This document shows positions 40,157-49,797 of a DNA stretch of 64,000 nt, in pieces. The notes below the pieces were generated by a model. That model was not told where the DNA came from, ran no database searches, and saw only the letters and a list, made by a program, of their open reading frames with translations. The stretch lies in contig BEIK01000001.1 of NCBI GenBank assembly GCA_002923395.1, positions 21,331 to 85,330 on the forward strand. The letters are read 5' to 3'. How positions within the stretch are numbered: position 1 is the stretch's first letter; each line of letters starts with the position of its first letter. Source of the stretch: a bacterium HR34. GTDB lineage: Bacteria > Patescibacteriota > Minisyncoccia > Minisyncoccales > HRBIN34. The translations under genes and the position numbers were made by a program.

Positions 40157-42185
40157 AGTCTTTGTTAGAACACTTTATTTTACCATTTTTTGCCTCAACC
40201 ATCAACGATCCGCACTTTTCACATTTTTCGCCAGTTGGCTTTTCATTTACAATAAAATCGCATTTTGGATAGTTTGAACATCCATAAAATATATTTTTCC
40301 TTTTTTTGTTAATTCTTTTTACGATTTTTCCGATTCCGCATTTGGTGCATTTTACTTCTATTTTTTCTATATCTTTTGTGAATTTGCAATTAGGAAAGTT
40401 AGAGCAAGCGTAAAATTTTCCAAACTTTCCTATTCTTATTACTATATCGCTTTTACATAAAGGACATTTTATATCTGTTTTTTGGGTTAAGTTAACTTTT
40501 TTAACTTTTTTATATTTTTCCTGTAACTCTTTTTCTAAGTATTCATAAAAAGGTTTTATTACTTCTATATATTTTTTTTGACCGTTTGCTATTTCATCAA
40601 GATTGTTTTCCATGTCGGCTGTAAATTTTACATCAACTATTTTGGAAAAGTTTTCAACTAATATAGTATTCACAGCAATTCCTAATTCTGTTGGTTTAAA
40701 AAATTTATTGTTTTCTTTTGTCACGTAGCCTCTTTCTTGTATGATACTAACTATTGTTGCATATGTAGATGGCCTTCCGATTTCGTTCTTTTCAAGTTCT
40801 TTTATTAAACTCGCTTCTGTATATCTTGGTGGAGGTTGAGTGAAGTGCTGTTTCGAGTCTATCTTTATAATTTTAAGTTCTTCTTCTTTTTGTAATTTTG
40901 GCAGTAAGTTTTCTTTTGTTTCTATTGGATAAATTTTCATAAAGCCATCAAATATTATCGTTTGCCCAGAACCCTTAAAAGAAAATTCTTTATCATCGCT
41001 TTCTATTTCTAAGATTGTTTGTTCTATTTCTGCTTCTTTCATTTGGCAGGCTAAAAACCTTTCCCATATTAATTTATAGAGTTTGAAAGATTTAGTATCT
41101 AATTTATTTTGCACTTTTCCAGGAGTATTTTGAATATAAGTTGGCCTTATTGCTTCGTGCGCTTCTTGGGCGGTTTTACTCTTCGATTTAAAAATAAATG
41201 GTTTCTCAGGAATGTATTTTTCTCCTATGTTTTCTTTAATAAAATTCCTTGCAGAATAAATCGCTTGAGATGATAAGTTGAGAGAGTCTGTTCTGTGGTA
41301 GGTAATAAAGCCCATCTCATACAACTTTTGGGCTATGGACATTGTTAGTTTTGCAGGATAGTTTAACTTTTGAGCTGCTGTTTGTTGCAAGGTAGAAGTT
41401 ATAAAAGGTGGCAAAGGATACCTTTTAACTCTTTTTACATCCACCTTTGCTATTTTATAACTTTTATTTTCCGCGGAGTTTTTTATTCTTTCAGCCTCTT
41501 TTTGGTTTTTGACAAAAAACTTATCAATTTGCTCTCCTTTTATCTTAAAAAGAGTCGCAGTTATTATGTTTTTGTTTTCTTTTTCTGATTCAATAAGTTT
41601 TTGGAATTGCGCATCTATTGTCCAATATTCTTGTGGTTTAAAATCTTTTATTTCTTTTTCTCTTTCAACTATTAATCTTAAAGCAACTGATTGCACCCTT
41701 CCGGCAGATAACTTCCTTGCAACTTTTTCCCATAGAAAAGGTGACAACTTATAACCAACTATTCTATCTAAAACTCTTCTTGCTTTTTGCGCTTCCACAA
41801 GATTTAAAAGTATTTCTCTTGGGTTTTCAAGGGCTTGCAAAATTGCTTCTTTTGTTATTTCGTGGAAGGTTATTCTTTTGTAGTTTTTTAATTCCAAAAC
41901 TTCTTTTAAGTGCCACGATATTGATTCTCCCTCTCTATCTTCATCAGTTGCCAGAATTACCTCATCTGCTTTTTGCATTTTCGTCTTCAATTCTTTTATA
42001 ACTTTTCTTGCTTTTATTGGTATTACATATTTTGGTTCAAAATTATTTTCAACATCAATTCCAAATTTTGATTTTGGCAGATCTCTTATGTGGCCATAAC
42101 AAGAAGCAACATCAAACTCCTTTTGATTCACAAATTTTTTTATTGTTCTTGCTTTTGTTGGCGACTCAACTATTATAAGTTTCAT
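40122..42185 (-). CDS. topA: DNA topoisomerase I with C-terminal Zn ribbons
   Basis: 'IVESPTKA', 'ATDEDREGE', 'SAGRVQS', 'ITYHRTDS', 'GRPSTYA'. Confidence 0.98.
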   Translation of the reverse strand: MKLIIVESPTKARTIKKFVNQKEFDVASCYGHIRDLPKSKFGIDVENNFEPKYVIPIKARKVIKELKTKMQKADEVILATDEDREGESISWHLKEVLELKNYKRITFHEITKEAILQALENPREILLNLVEAQKARRVLDRIVGYKLSPFLWEKVARKLSAGRVQSVALRLIVEREKEIKDFKPQEYWTIDAQFQKLIESEKENKNIITATLFKIKGEQIDKFFVKNQKEAERIKNSAENKSYKIAKVDVKRVKRYPLPPFITSTLQQTAAQKLNYPAKLTMSIAQKLYEMGFITYHRTDSLNLSSQAIYSARNFIKENIGEKYIPEKPFIFKSKSKTAQEAHEAIRPTYIQNTPGKVQNKLDTKSFKLYKLIWERFLACQMKEAEIEQTILEIESDDKEFSFKGSGQTIIFDGFMKIYPIETKENLLPKLQKEEELKIIKIDSKQHFTQPPPRYTEASLIKELEKNEIGRPSTYATIVSIIQERGYVTKENNKFFKPTELGIAVNTILVENFSKIVDVKFTADMENNLDEIANGQKKYIEVIKPFYEYLEKELQEKYKKVKKVNLTQKTDIKCPLCKSDIVIRIGKFGKFYACSNFPNCKFTKDIEKIEVKCTKCGIGKIVKRINKKRKNIFYGCSNYPKCDFIVNEKPTGEKCEKCGSLMVEAKNGKIKCSNKDCESNKSKQLNT

Positions 42186-43048
42186 ATTTTTGGATAGTAT
42201 TTATCTCCAACCTGATCAATTAAATTTTTAGTTTCTAATTGGGTTATTAATTTTAAAATTTCAGGCACTGATAAATTTAACTTTTCAACAAGCTCGTCTA
42301 TGTCGCAACCGTTCTCGATGAATTTTAACAAAGTTCTTTCTTTTTCTGAAAGGTTATCAATAATTTTATTATAACTGCTCTTTATTCCAAAACTATTCAA
42401 AATATCCTGCGCGCCGCTTGTTAAAATTGCGCCTTCTTTTATTAAATTATTAGTTCCTTTTGAGTTTACAGAAAACACGCTTCCCGGCACGGCAAATACT
42501 TTTCTTTTTATTTCTTTCGCAAAATTTGCTGTGATTATCGTTCCACTTTTTTCTCTTGCCTCTATTACCAAAACCCCATCAGATAAACCTGCTATTATTC
42601 TGTTTCTTTTTGGAAAAGTAAATTTTGTTGCTTTTGTGCCAGGTTCTAATTCAGATATTATTAAACCCTGCTTTTCAAGTATTTCTTTTGCCAATCTTAT
42701 GTTTTCTCTTGGATATATTGATTCTTCGTCAACGCCAGATCCTAAAACAGCAATTGTTTTGCCATTGTTTTCTATACATATTTTATGAGAAAGAGCGTCA
42801 ATGCCCAAAGCCATTCCGCTGACTATTATAAAATAACTTGATAATTCCTGAACAATTTTTCTTACAACTATTTTCCCATATTCGCTGTATCTTCTGGTTC
42901 CAACAACAGCCAAAGTAGGGAAGTCTTGCGTTTGTTTTAAAAGTTCTAAGTTTCCAACAGTCCACAAACATTTTGGAGGGTCTTTTAAATCAAGAAGTTT
43001 TTTTGGATAATACTCGCTTTGTTTTTCTATTTTTATTATATTTTCCAT
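42182..43048 (-). CDS. dprA: DNA-processing protein DprA
   Basis: 'AVVGTR', 'VSGMALGID', 'FPKRNRIIAGLS', 'VPGS'. Confidence 0.96.
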   Translation of the reverse strand: MENIIKIEKQSEYYPKKLLDLKDPPKCLWTVGNLELLKQTQDFPTLAVVGTRRYSEYGKIVVRKIVQELSSYFIIVSGMALGIDALSHKICIENNGKTIAVLGSGVDEESIYPRENIRLAKEILEKQGLIISELEPGTKATKFTFPKRNRIIAGLSDGVLVIEAREKSGTIITANFAKEIKRKVFAVPGSVFSVNSKGTNNLIKEGAILTSGAQDILNSFGIKSSYNKIIDNLSEKERTLLKFIENGCDIDELVEKLNLSVPEILKLITQLETKNLIDQVGDKYYPKI

Positions 43049-43361
43049 CTGTTTTGTTTTTACTGATTTTTATTATAGAATTATAAAAGTTTTTATCTCA
43101 TCCTGCAAAAAACAATATACAATTTTGAACCATTCTGCACTATACAAGTTCGGTTAAAATTTCATTTCTATTCTATGCATTTACAAATAAAATGCTAATA
43201 TTATTTTGTTTACGAATTTAATGAATGAGTATCATTGTTTGTAAATAAAATTGTTCTTGGTGCCAATTAAAATTGTTGGTGCTGGAGGCGGCCTTTAGGT
43301 TTTCTTCTTATAGAAGAACGGTAACATTAAATTTTTAAAAGTGGTGAACTAATACACTTTC

Positions 43362-43390
43362 TTGACAGACTTTTTTGACGTTGCTAAATT
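43362..43390 (+). promoter_or_regulatory. Sigma70-type promoter with no downstream CDS
   Basis: TTGACA-17 nt-TAAATT with TG extension (TGCTAAATT). Confidence 0.5.
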
Positions 43391-43412
43391 AGAAATTATA
43401 AGGGAGGAGGGG

Positions 43413-43444
43413 CCCCGACGTTACGTCGGGGTTTTTCTTTTTTT
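43413..43444 (+). terminator. Rho-independent terminator hairpin
   Basis: CCCCGACG-TTA-CGTCGGGG followed by TTTTTCTTTTTTT. Confidence 0.75.
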
Positions 43445-43451
43445 AACACAA

Positions 43452-45425
43452 TTATTTCATATTCTCATTTTGCAGGTAAGAGGACGCCTCGCTTATCATG
43501 TGACAGTACAAGTTTAGCCCAACCTTGTTTATTGGCCCTGATTGCTCTTTTCCTAAAATGTTTCCTGCTCCTCTTATTTCCATATCTTTTAATGCTATTC
43601 TGTAACCAGAGCCCAAAGCCAAATTTTCTTTAAGCGCTTTTATACGCATTTTTGCTTTTTCTGTAAGTTTTTCCCATTTTGGATAAAACAAATACGCAAA
43701 AGCCTGCCTTTCGCCCCTTCCAACCCTTCCTCTTAATTGATACGCCTGCCCCAAACCCAACCTTGAAATATCTCTTATTATTAAAGTATTAGCGTTTGAA
43801 ATGTCTATTCCGTTTTCAATTATTGTCGTTGAAACCAAAATTTTTATTTTTCCTTCTTGAAACTCGTTAAATATCTCAATAATTTTTTCATCTGGCATCG
43901 CGCTGTGAATTACTTCAATTCTTTCTTTTATGCCAAGTTTTTCTTCAACAAACTTTTTAATCTCTGGCAAATTTTTTATTCTGTTTTCCAAAACATAAAC
44001 CTGACCGCCTCTTTTTAACTCATTTAAGATTGCTTTTTTCATAACTTCTTTTTTAAATTCTCCTATATGTGTTATTATGTCTTTTCTTTCAGGCGGTGGG
44101 GTATAAATAAAACTTACTTTTTTTATATTAGAAAGCGCTAAATAAAGTGTTCTTGGTATTGGAGTGGCTGAAACATAAAGCAAATCTAAAGCAGGGAATT
44201 TTTCTCTTAACCTTTCTTTTTGCAGGACGCCGAATTTTTGCTCGTCGTCTACAACCAGCATGCCTAAGTTTTTAAACTCTACTTTATTAGAAAGAATTTT
44301 GTGTGTTCCTATTATTATGTCTATTTTGCCGCTTTTAATATCTTTTATAATTTTTTCTTCATCTTTTGGATTTGTGTTTCTTGTCAGCAAGCCGATGTTA
44401 ACTGCAAATTTTTCAAATCTCTTGCAAAAGTTTTTATAATGCTGCCATGCCAATACTGTTGTAGGGCATAAAATTGCAACTTGTTTACCATGACAGACCA
44501 CTTTAAAGGCAGTTCTCATTATTATCTCTGTTTTCCCAAAACCAACATCTCCGCACAAAAGCCTGTCCATTGGTGTTTCGCTGTTTTCAAGATCGTTAAA
44601 AATATCTTTAATTGCTTTTTCTTGATCAGGAGTTAACTCATATTCAAAAGACTCATCAAATTCTCTTTGCAAAACATCCGCTTGTTTTGAGTTGTATTTT
44701 GGCCGAGTTATTGATTCTTTACTTGCATATATTTTTATTAGTTTTTTGGCTATTTGTTCTGCCTGTTCTCTTGCCTTCTTTTTTATCTTCAGCCACAAAG
44801 AACCTCCAAGTCTTGTTATTCTTGGGTTTTCAAAGCCTATATAAAGAGTTAACTTATTTTTTAAATTTTCAGGAACATATAATTTATCTCCTTTTGCGTA
44901 TTCCAAAACAAAATAATTTATGTCCTGCATTTTTGTTATGCCTCTGAAAACTCCTATCCCATGATCTATATGCACCAAAAAATCACCTTCTTTTAAGCTT
45001 GAAAGTTCTTGTTTTATTTGCTGGTTTGTTAAAAGTTTTTTAATTGTATTTTTTGCTTTTTCAACATCAATTGAGATGTCTTCGTTTTTGTACGTGCTTC
45101 CAATCCTGTCTCCTAAAAATTCTACTATGAAAGGGCTTTCATAATTTATAGGAAAAATTTGTAAAATACCGCCTTTAATTGAAAATTGCCCTGGAAAAGT
45201 AATATTTTCAACAAGTTCATAATTAAAATTAAAAAGAAGCTCTTTTAACAAACTAAGTTTATAACTTACGCCCTTTTTCAAAACCAAAACATTTTCCTTG
45301 AAAAACCCTTCTTTTTGAGAGTTCTCTTTTATTTTTTCAATATTTTGCCAAAACCAAACTGCCTCCCTTTCCAAAAAATAGGGGGTCAAACTAACAACAA
45401 CAATTTCTTCGTATTTATTTGCCAT
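43452..45425 (-). CDS. mfd: Mfd-like transcription-repair coupling factor, shortened (no C-terminal TRCF domain)
   Basis: UvrB-like fragment 'PGQFSIKGG', CarD/RID 'LVHIDHGIG', 'DRLLCGDVGFGKTE', 'QLRGRVGR', 'DMEIRGAGNILG'. Start probably MANKY at 45425 (the ORF track starts at 45500). Confidence 0.88.
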   Translation of the reverse strand: MANKYEEIVVVSLTPYFLEREAVWFWQNIEKIKENSQKEGFFKENVLVLKKGVSYKLSLLKELLFNFNYELVENITFPGQFSIKGGILQIFPINYESPFIVEFLGDRIGSTYKNEDISIDVEKAKNTIKKLLTNQQIKQELSSLKEGDFLVHIDHGIGVFRGITKMQDINYFVLEYAKGDKLYVPENLKNKLTLYIGFENPRITRLGGSLWLKIKKKAREQAEQIAKKLIKIYASKESITRPKYNSKQADVLQREFDESFEYELTPDQEKAIKDIFNDLENSETPMDRLLCGDVGFGKTEIIMRTAFKVVCHGKQVAILCPTTVLAWQHYKNFCKRFEKFAVNIGLLTRNTNPKDEEKIIKDIKSGKIDIIIGTHKILSNKVEFKNLGMLVVDDEQKFGVLQKERLREKFPALDLLYVSATPIPRTLYLALSNIKKVSFIYTPPPERKDIITHIGEFKKEVMKKAILNELKRGGQVYVLENRIKNLPEIKKFVEEKLGIKERIEVIHSAMPDEKIIEIFNEFQEGKIKILVSTTIIENGIDISNANTLIIRDISRLGLGQAYQLRGRVGRGERQAFAYLFYPKWEKLTEKAKMRIKALKENLALGSGYRIALKDMEIRGAGNILGKEQSGPINKVGLNLYCHMISEASSYLQNENMK

Positions 45426-45635
45426 AAAACTAAAATAACCAATTTTCCCAAAAAAGTAAAACTCCCCCACGCTTTCCCTGCGATACTTGAAAAAATGCAA
45501 AAGATGAGATATATTTTGGCACCCTTGTTATGCTAGAAATTGGGATAATAAATTAGAAAAAAGGTCGAAAATCATTAAAATAATGTATCTCATCAATAAC
45601 ATGGTAAAAAGAGTATTCATTTATTTTATTTGAGA

Positions 45636-45659
45636 TCACACGAAGCACTAAACCACCAA
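45636..45659. repeat. 24-bp dispersed repeat, copy 2 (TCACACGAAGCACTAAACCACCAA)
   Basis: 22/24 identical to 16557-16580. Confidence 0.75.
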
Positions 45660-45735
45660 TTATGCAAAATGTTGATGTTATAATTTTGCGGTATATAATA
45701 AATACTGAATAATAAAAAGTTTGCTCTTTAGTTTT

Positions 45736-46761
45736 ATGGATAAAGTAGTTTTAGCAAAAACAGAAAAAGAGTTTTTCAATTGTTTAAATAAGTTTTCGCG
45801 CGAAGGGCGTGCTGTTTTTGTATTGGATAATGTTTTGGCTGGCAATGATTTTTTCAAAGATAAAGTTTGCTGCTATTCAAAAGAAAACTCCATAAAAGAA
45901 GTTAATAATATCATAAAAGATTTAAAGAATAAAAAATTTGCTCCTCAAGTTGTTTTTGGGATTGGCGGTGGCAGGGTGTTGGATGTTGCTAAATTTTTGG
46001 CGTTTAAACTTGATGTTGATTTCATAAGCTGTCCCACTGCTTTATCTCAAGATGGTATATATTCTGGTGTTTGTGTTTTGTTTGATGGCAAAAAAAGAAA
46101 AACGGTAAAAGCCAAGTTTCCTGAAAAAGTTTTGGTAGATATGAGTTTGATTAAAAAATCTCCTAAAAAAATGACTTTTTGCGGAATTGGAGAAGTTTTA
46201 TCTAAGATAGTTGTTTTGCAAGACATTTCTTTGGCAAAAAGCAGGGTAAAAGCAAAAGTTAACAAAAACAAAATAAAAAAAATTTTGTCTACAATATCTT
46301 ACTTAATTGAAAATTTTAAGAGTCAAAAGGATGAAAATAGTGTAAAGACTTTACTGTTTGCGTTGGTCGAGATAGGATCTTTGATGCAGGAAGATTCTTA
46401 TTATGCGTCCCAATCAGAGCATGAGTTTGAAAAGGCTTTGTTTGGCACAAATTTGCCGCATGGGCAGTTGGTTGCTTTCGGCGCTTTGATATCTGCCAAA
46501 TTATATGAAGTTCACAGCGAAAAATTTTCAAAAGACAAACTTTTTATAAGTCCAAAAGATATGTTCAAAATAACTAAGTCATTATTTAAAATAATAAAAG
46601 GATTTTATAACTTTGCCAAAGAGCCCTTAAAGATAATTGACAGACAAGAATTAATAAAATGCTTAAAAAAGGCAAGTTTGCAAAGGCCAGAAAGGTTTAA
46701 CTTGCTGAATGTAATTGATTCCAAAAAAGTAAATTGGGAAAAAGTTATAGAAAAGTTATAA
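45736..46761 (+). CDS. sn-glycerol-1-phosphate dehydrogenase-like protein (EgsA/AraM branch of the Fe-ADH/DHQS superfamily)
   Basis: 'GIGGGRVLDVAK', 'PTALSQDGIYS', 'ASQSEH', 'HGQLVAFG'. Start placed at the ATG at 45736. Confidence 0.72.
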   Translation: MDKVVLAKTEKEFFNCLNKFSREGRAVFVLDNVLAGNDFFKDKVCCYSKENSIKEVNNIIKDLKNKKFAPQVVFGIGGGRVLDVAKFLAFKLDVDFISCPTALSQDGIYSGVCVLFDGKKRKTVKAKFPEKVLVDMSLIKKSPKKMTFCGIGEVLSKIVVLQDISLAKSRVKAKVNKNKIKKILSTISYLIENFKSQKDENSVKTLLFALVEIGSLMQEDSYYASQSEHEFEKALFGTNLPHGQLVAFGALISAKLYEVHSEKFSKDKLFISPKDMFKITKSLFKIIKGFYNFAKEPLKIIDRQELIKCLKKASLQRPERFNLLNVIDSKKVNWEKVIEKL

Positions 46762-46767
46762 TAAGTT

Positions 46768-47304
46768 TCAAATTATTTTTTCTACTTCTTTTATTATCTC
46801 TTTTATTATTGTTTTTAATTTTTTAAGTTCTTGTGCGCTGAAGTTTTTTAAAACAAATTCTTCTGCTTTTTTGCCCTTTTCTTTCTCGCTCCTCACGCCA
46901 ATTCTTATTCTTGTGAAATCTTTTGTTCCAAATTTTTGTATAATTGATTCAACTCCTTTGTGGCCTCCGCTTGACTTTCCTTTGCTGATTTTTACTTTGC
47001 CAAATTCTATATCGCTGTCGTCGTGCAAAACAATTATGTCTTCTGGCAAAATTTTATAAAAATTGGCAATTTCTTTCACGGCAACGCCAGAGTTGTTCAT
47101 TAAGGTTTTTGGTTTTAGCAGAATAACTTCTTTTTCGTTTATTATACCTTTTGTTGTGTATCCTTCAAACTTTTTTTCTTCTTTGAAATCTTTTAACTGC
47201 CAGTGGTTTTTAAGTTCGTCAACAGCAATAAAGCCGGCGTTGTGCTTTGTGTGTTCGTATTCTTTTGGCCAGTTGCCAAGCCCTACTATCAGTTTTTTTT
47301 GCAT
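46768..47304 (-). CDS. pth: Peptidyl-tRNA hydrolase
   Basis: 'LIVGLGN', 'TKHNAGF', 'MNNSG', 'HDDSD', 'GGHKG', 'RIRIGV'. Confidence 0.96.
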   Translation of the reverse strand: MQKKLIVGLGNWPKEYEHTKHNAGFIAVDELKNHWQLKDFKEEKKFEGYTTKGIINEKEVILLKPKTLMNNSGVAVKEIANFYKILPEDIIVLHDDSDIEFGKVKISKGKSSGGHKGVESIIQKFGTKDFTRIRIGVRSEKEKGKKAEEFVLKNFSAQELKKLKTIIKEIIKEVEKII

Positions 47305-47343
47305 TTGATGTTAATGTTATTTTATGGTATATTTTAATAATAT

Positions 47344-47877
47344 ATGAAAAGCGCAATTAAAGAATATATAAAAATAGGACTGCTGGTTTTGCTTATAGTT
47401 GTGCCTATAAGATATTTTATATTCCAGCCGTTTTTAGTGCAAGGAAGCTCAATGGAACCGAATTTTGAAAGCGGTGATTATTTAATAGTTGATGAGATCT
47501 CTTATAGGTTTAGCGATCCAAAAAGGGGAGATGTTATTATTTTTAATTCTCCTGTGCAGCCTGTGAAATATATTAAGAGGGTGATTGGTTTACCAGGAGA
47601 AACAGTCAAAATAGAAAATGGAAAAGTTTATATTAAAAAACAAGGAAACAATGAGTTTAAATTGTTGCAAGAGCCATATACTGACATATTTACAGAGGGA
47701 AGAGTCGAGATAACCCTTAAAGAAGGAGAGTACTTTGTAATGGGAGATAACAGATTTGCTTCTTATGATTCAAGAAGTTGGGGAGTTTTAAAAAGGAATA
47801 AAATAATCGGAAGGGTTTTAATAAGGTTGTGGCCCATAAGCAAGATTGATATAATTGAAAATCCTTTTAATAAATAA
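47344..47877 (+). CDS. lepB: Signal peptidase I
   Basis: 'GSSMEP', 'YIKRVIGLPG', 'MGDNRFASYDSR'. Confidence 0.96.
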   Translation: MKSAIKEYIKIGLLVLLIVVPIRYFIFQPFLVQGSSMEPNFESGDYLIVDEISYRFSDPKRGDVIIFNSPVQPVKYIKRVIGLPGETVKIENGKVYIKKQGNNEFKLLQEPYTDIFTEGRVEITLKEGEYFVMGDNRFASYDSRSWGVLKRNKIIGRVLIRLWPISKIDIIENPFNK

Positions 47878-47882
47878 AACAT

Positions 47883-49193
47883 ATGCCAAAAATAAAATAT
47901 CAAAGAGTAACAGGAATGAAAGACATTTTGCCAGTAGACTTTGTTTATTATGATAAAATTTTGTCTACAATAAAACAGATTTGCGATTTTTATTCTTTTA
48001 ATAGAATAGAAACTCCGATATTAGAGAGAATAGAACTTTTTGAAAGAGGCATTGGAGTTTCAAGCGATATAGTTGAAAAGCAGATGTTCTCTCTTAAAAC
48101 AAGAGATGAAAAAGATACTTTAGTTTTAAGACCAGAAGGGACTGCTGGTGTTGCAAGGGCTTATTTTGAGAATGGTTTGCAAGAACTTCCACATCCTTTA
48201 AAACTTTGGTACTTTGGGCCATTTTTTAGATACGAAAGACCGCAAAAAGGAAGATACAGACAGTTTTATCAATTTGGCATTGAAATAATAGGAGAAGAAA
48301 ATTATATATTAGATGTTTATGTTATGCATATTTTTAAAATTTTGCTTGAAGAGTTGGGAATTAAAAATCTTGTTTTTGAAGTTAACAGCATTGGCAATGG
48401 CAACTGCAGGCCGTATTATAAAAAATCACTTTTGAGTTATTTGAGAAAGAACCAAAATAAACTTTGCTCTACCTGCAGAAAAAGACTTAAGGTGAATCCG
48501 TTTAGGATATTGGACTGCAAAGAAGAAAAATGTAAAAGGGTTTGCTCTCAAGCGCCTCAAATCGTTGACTTTTTGTGTGATGAATGTAAAAACCATTTCA
48601 AAAAAGTTGTAGAGGTTTTAGACACATTGCAATTTCCTTACACAATAAATCCGTTTTTAGCAAGAGGGCTTGATTATTATAACAGAACAGTTTTTGAAAT
48701 TATTCCTGTCTCGTTTGAGGAGTATCAAAAAGACAAAGATAACTTTACGAAAAAAGATTCAATAGGCGGCGGAGGAAGGTATGATGACTTGCTTTATTTA
48801 ATAGGAAGGGAGGAGATACCGGCTGTTGGTGGCGCTTTGGGAATAGAAAGAATAATAGATGTTTTGAAAGATAATAAAGTGGAGATAAAAGAAGAGTACA
48901 AGCCAGACATATTTTTTGTTCAGATAGGAGATCTGCCAAAGAAAAAATCTTTTGCTATTTTAGAGGAACTTAGAAAACACAAAATTAATTGCGCTGAAAG
49001 CATTGGCAAGGATTCTTTAAAAGGGCAGTTGAGGATTGCTGATAAATTAGGGGTAAAATATGTTATTATTTACGGACAAAAAGAGGCATTTGAAAACGTT
49101 GTTGTTTTAAGAGATATGAAAACAGGATCGCAAACAATTGTAAGTTTGCAAGATTTAGTCAAAGAAATAAAAGCGAGATTAAAAAATAAATAA
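47883..49193 (+). CDS. hisS: Histidine--tRNA ligase
   Basis: 'LRPEGTA', 'FRYERPQKGRYRQF', 'RGLDYY', 'GGGRYD'. Confidence 0.98.
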   Translation: MPKIKYQRVTGMKDILPVDFVYYDKILSTIKQICDFYSFNRIETPILERIELFERGIGVSSDIVEKQMFSLKTRDEKDTLVLRPEGTAGVARAYFENGLQELPHPLKLWYFGPFFRYERPQKGRYRQFYQFGIEIIGEENYILDVYVMHIFKILLEELGIKNLVFEVNSIGNGNCRPYYKKSLLSYLRKNQNKLCSTCRKRLKVNPFRILDCKEEKCKRVCSQAPQIVDFLCDECKNHFKKVVEVLDTLQFPYTINPFLARGLDYYNRTVFEIIPVSFEEYQKDKDNFTKKDSIGGGGRYDDLLYLIGREEIPAVGGALGIERIIDVLKDNKVEIKEEYKPDIFFVQIGDLPKKKSFAILEELRKHKINCAESIGKDSLKGQLRIADKLGVKYVIIYGQKEAFENVVVLRDMKTGSQTIVSLQDLVKEIKARLKNK

Positions 49194-49198
49194 GAAAT

Positions 49199-49522
49199 AT
49201 GGAAGATTGTATTTTTTGCAAAATAGCAAACAAAGAAATAAATTCAGAAATTGTTTATGAGGACGATGATTTTGTTGTTTTCAAAGACATAAAACCAAAG
49301 GCGCCATTTCATGTTTTAATAGTGCCGAAAAAGCATATAAAGTGGCTGAATGATTTGGATGAGAATGATTTGGAGTTGGCAGGTAAAATGTTGTTGCTGG
49401 CAGTTAAAATAGCAAAAGAAAATAAAGTTGAAAACGCTTATCAGGTGAAGGTTCATGTTGGTGAGAAAGGAGGACAGGAGATATTTCATTTACATATGCA
49501 TATTTTTGGTTGGCCGGAATAA
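49199..49522 (+). CDS. HIT family protein (HinT-like)
   Basis: 'DCIFCKI', 'GGQEIFHLHMH'. Confidence 0.93.
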   Translation: MEDCIFCKIANKEINSEIVYEDDDFVVFKDIKPKAPFHVLIVPKKHIKWLNDLDENDLELAGKMLLLAVKIAKENKVENAYQVKVHVGEKGGQEIFHLHMHIFGWPE

Positions 49523-49525
49523 TTT

Positions 49526-49554
49526 TTGACATTTTTATTTTTTTGTCTTATTAT
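49526..49554 (+). promoter_or_regulatory. Sigma70 promoter of rpsU
   Basis: TTGACA-17 nt-TATTAT. Confidence 0.6.
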
Positions 49555-49581
49555 AGGAATCATAGTTAAAAAATTAAAAAT

Positions 49582-49797
49582 ATGGCTTTAATAGTTTTAA
49601 AGAAAAGCGGAGAAACAAATCAAAGTTTGGTTTTTAGATTTAGAAAGGCTGTGCAAAAAGCGGGTATTTTGCTTGAGGCAAGAAAGCAAATGTATCACGA
49701 CAGAAAACCAAACGAAAGAGTTATTAAAGAAAGGGCTTTAAGAAGAATCCAAAAACAAAAAGAATACGAAAGATTAAAGAAACTTGGAAAGATATAA
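49582..49797 (+). CDS. rpsU: 30S ribosomal protein S21 (CPR-type)
   Basis: 'ETNQSLVFRFRKAVQKAGILLEARK', ending 'KKLGK'; precedes yqeY as is usual. Confidence 0.85.
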   Translation: MALIVLKKSGETNQSLVFRFRKAVQKAGILLEARKQMYHDRKPNERVIKERALRRIQKQKEYERLKKLGKI

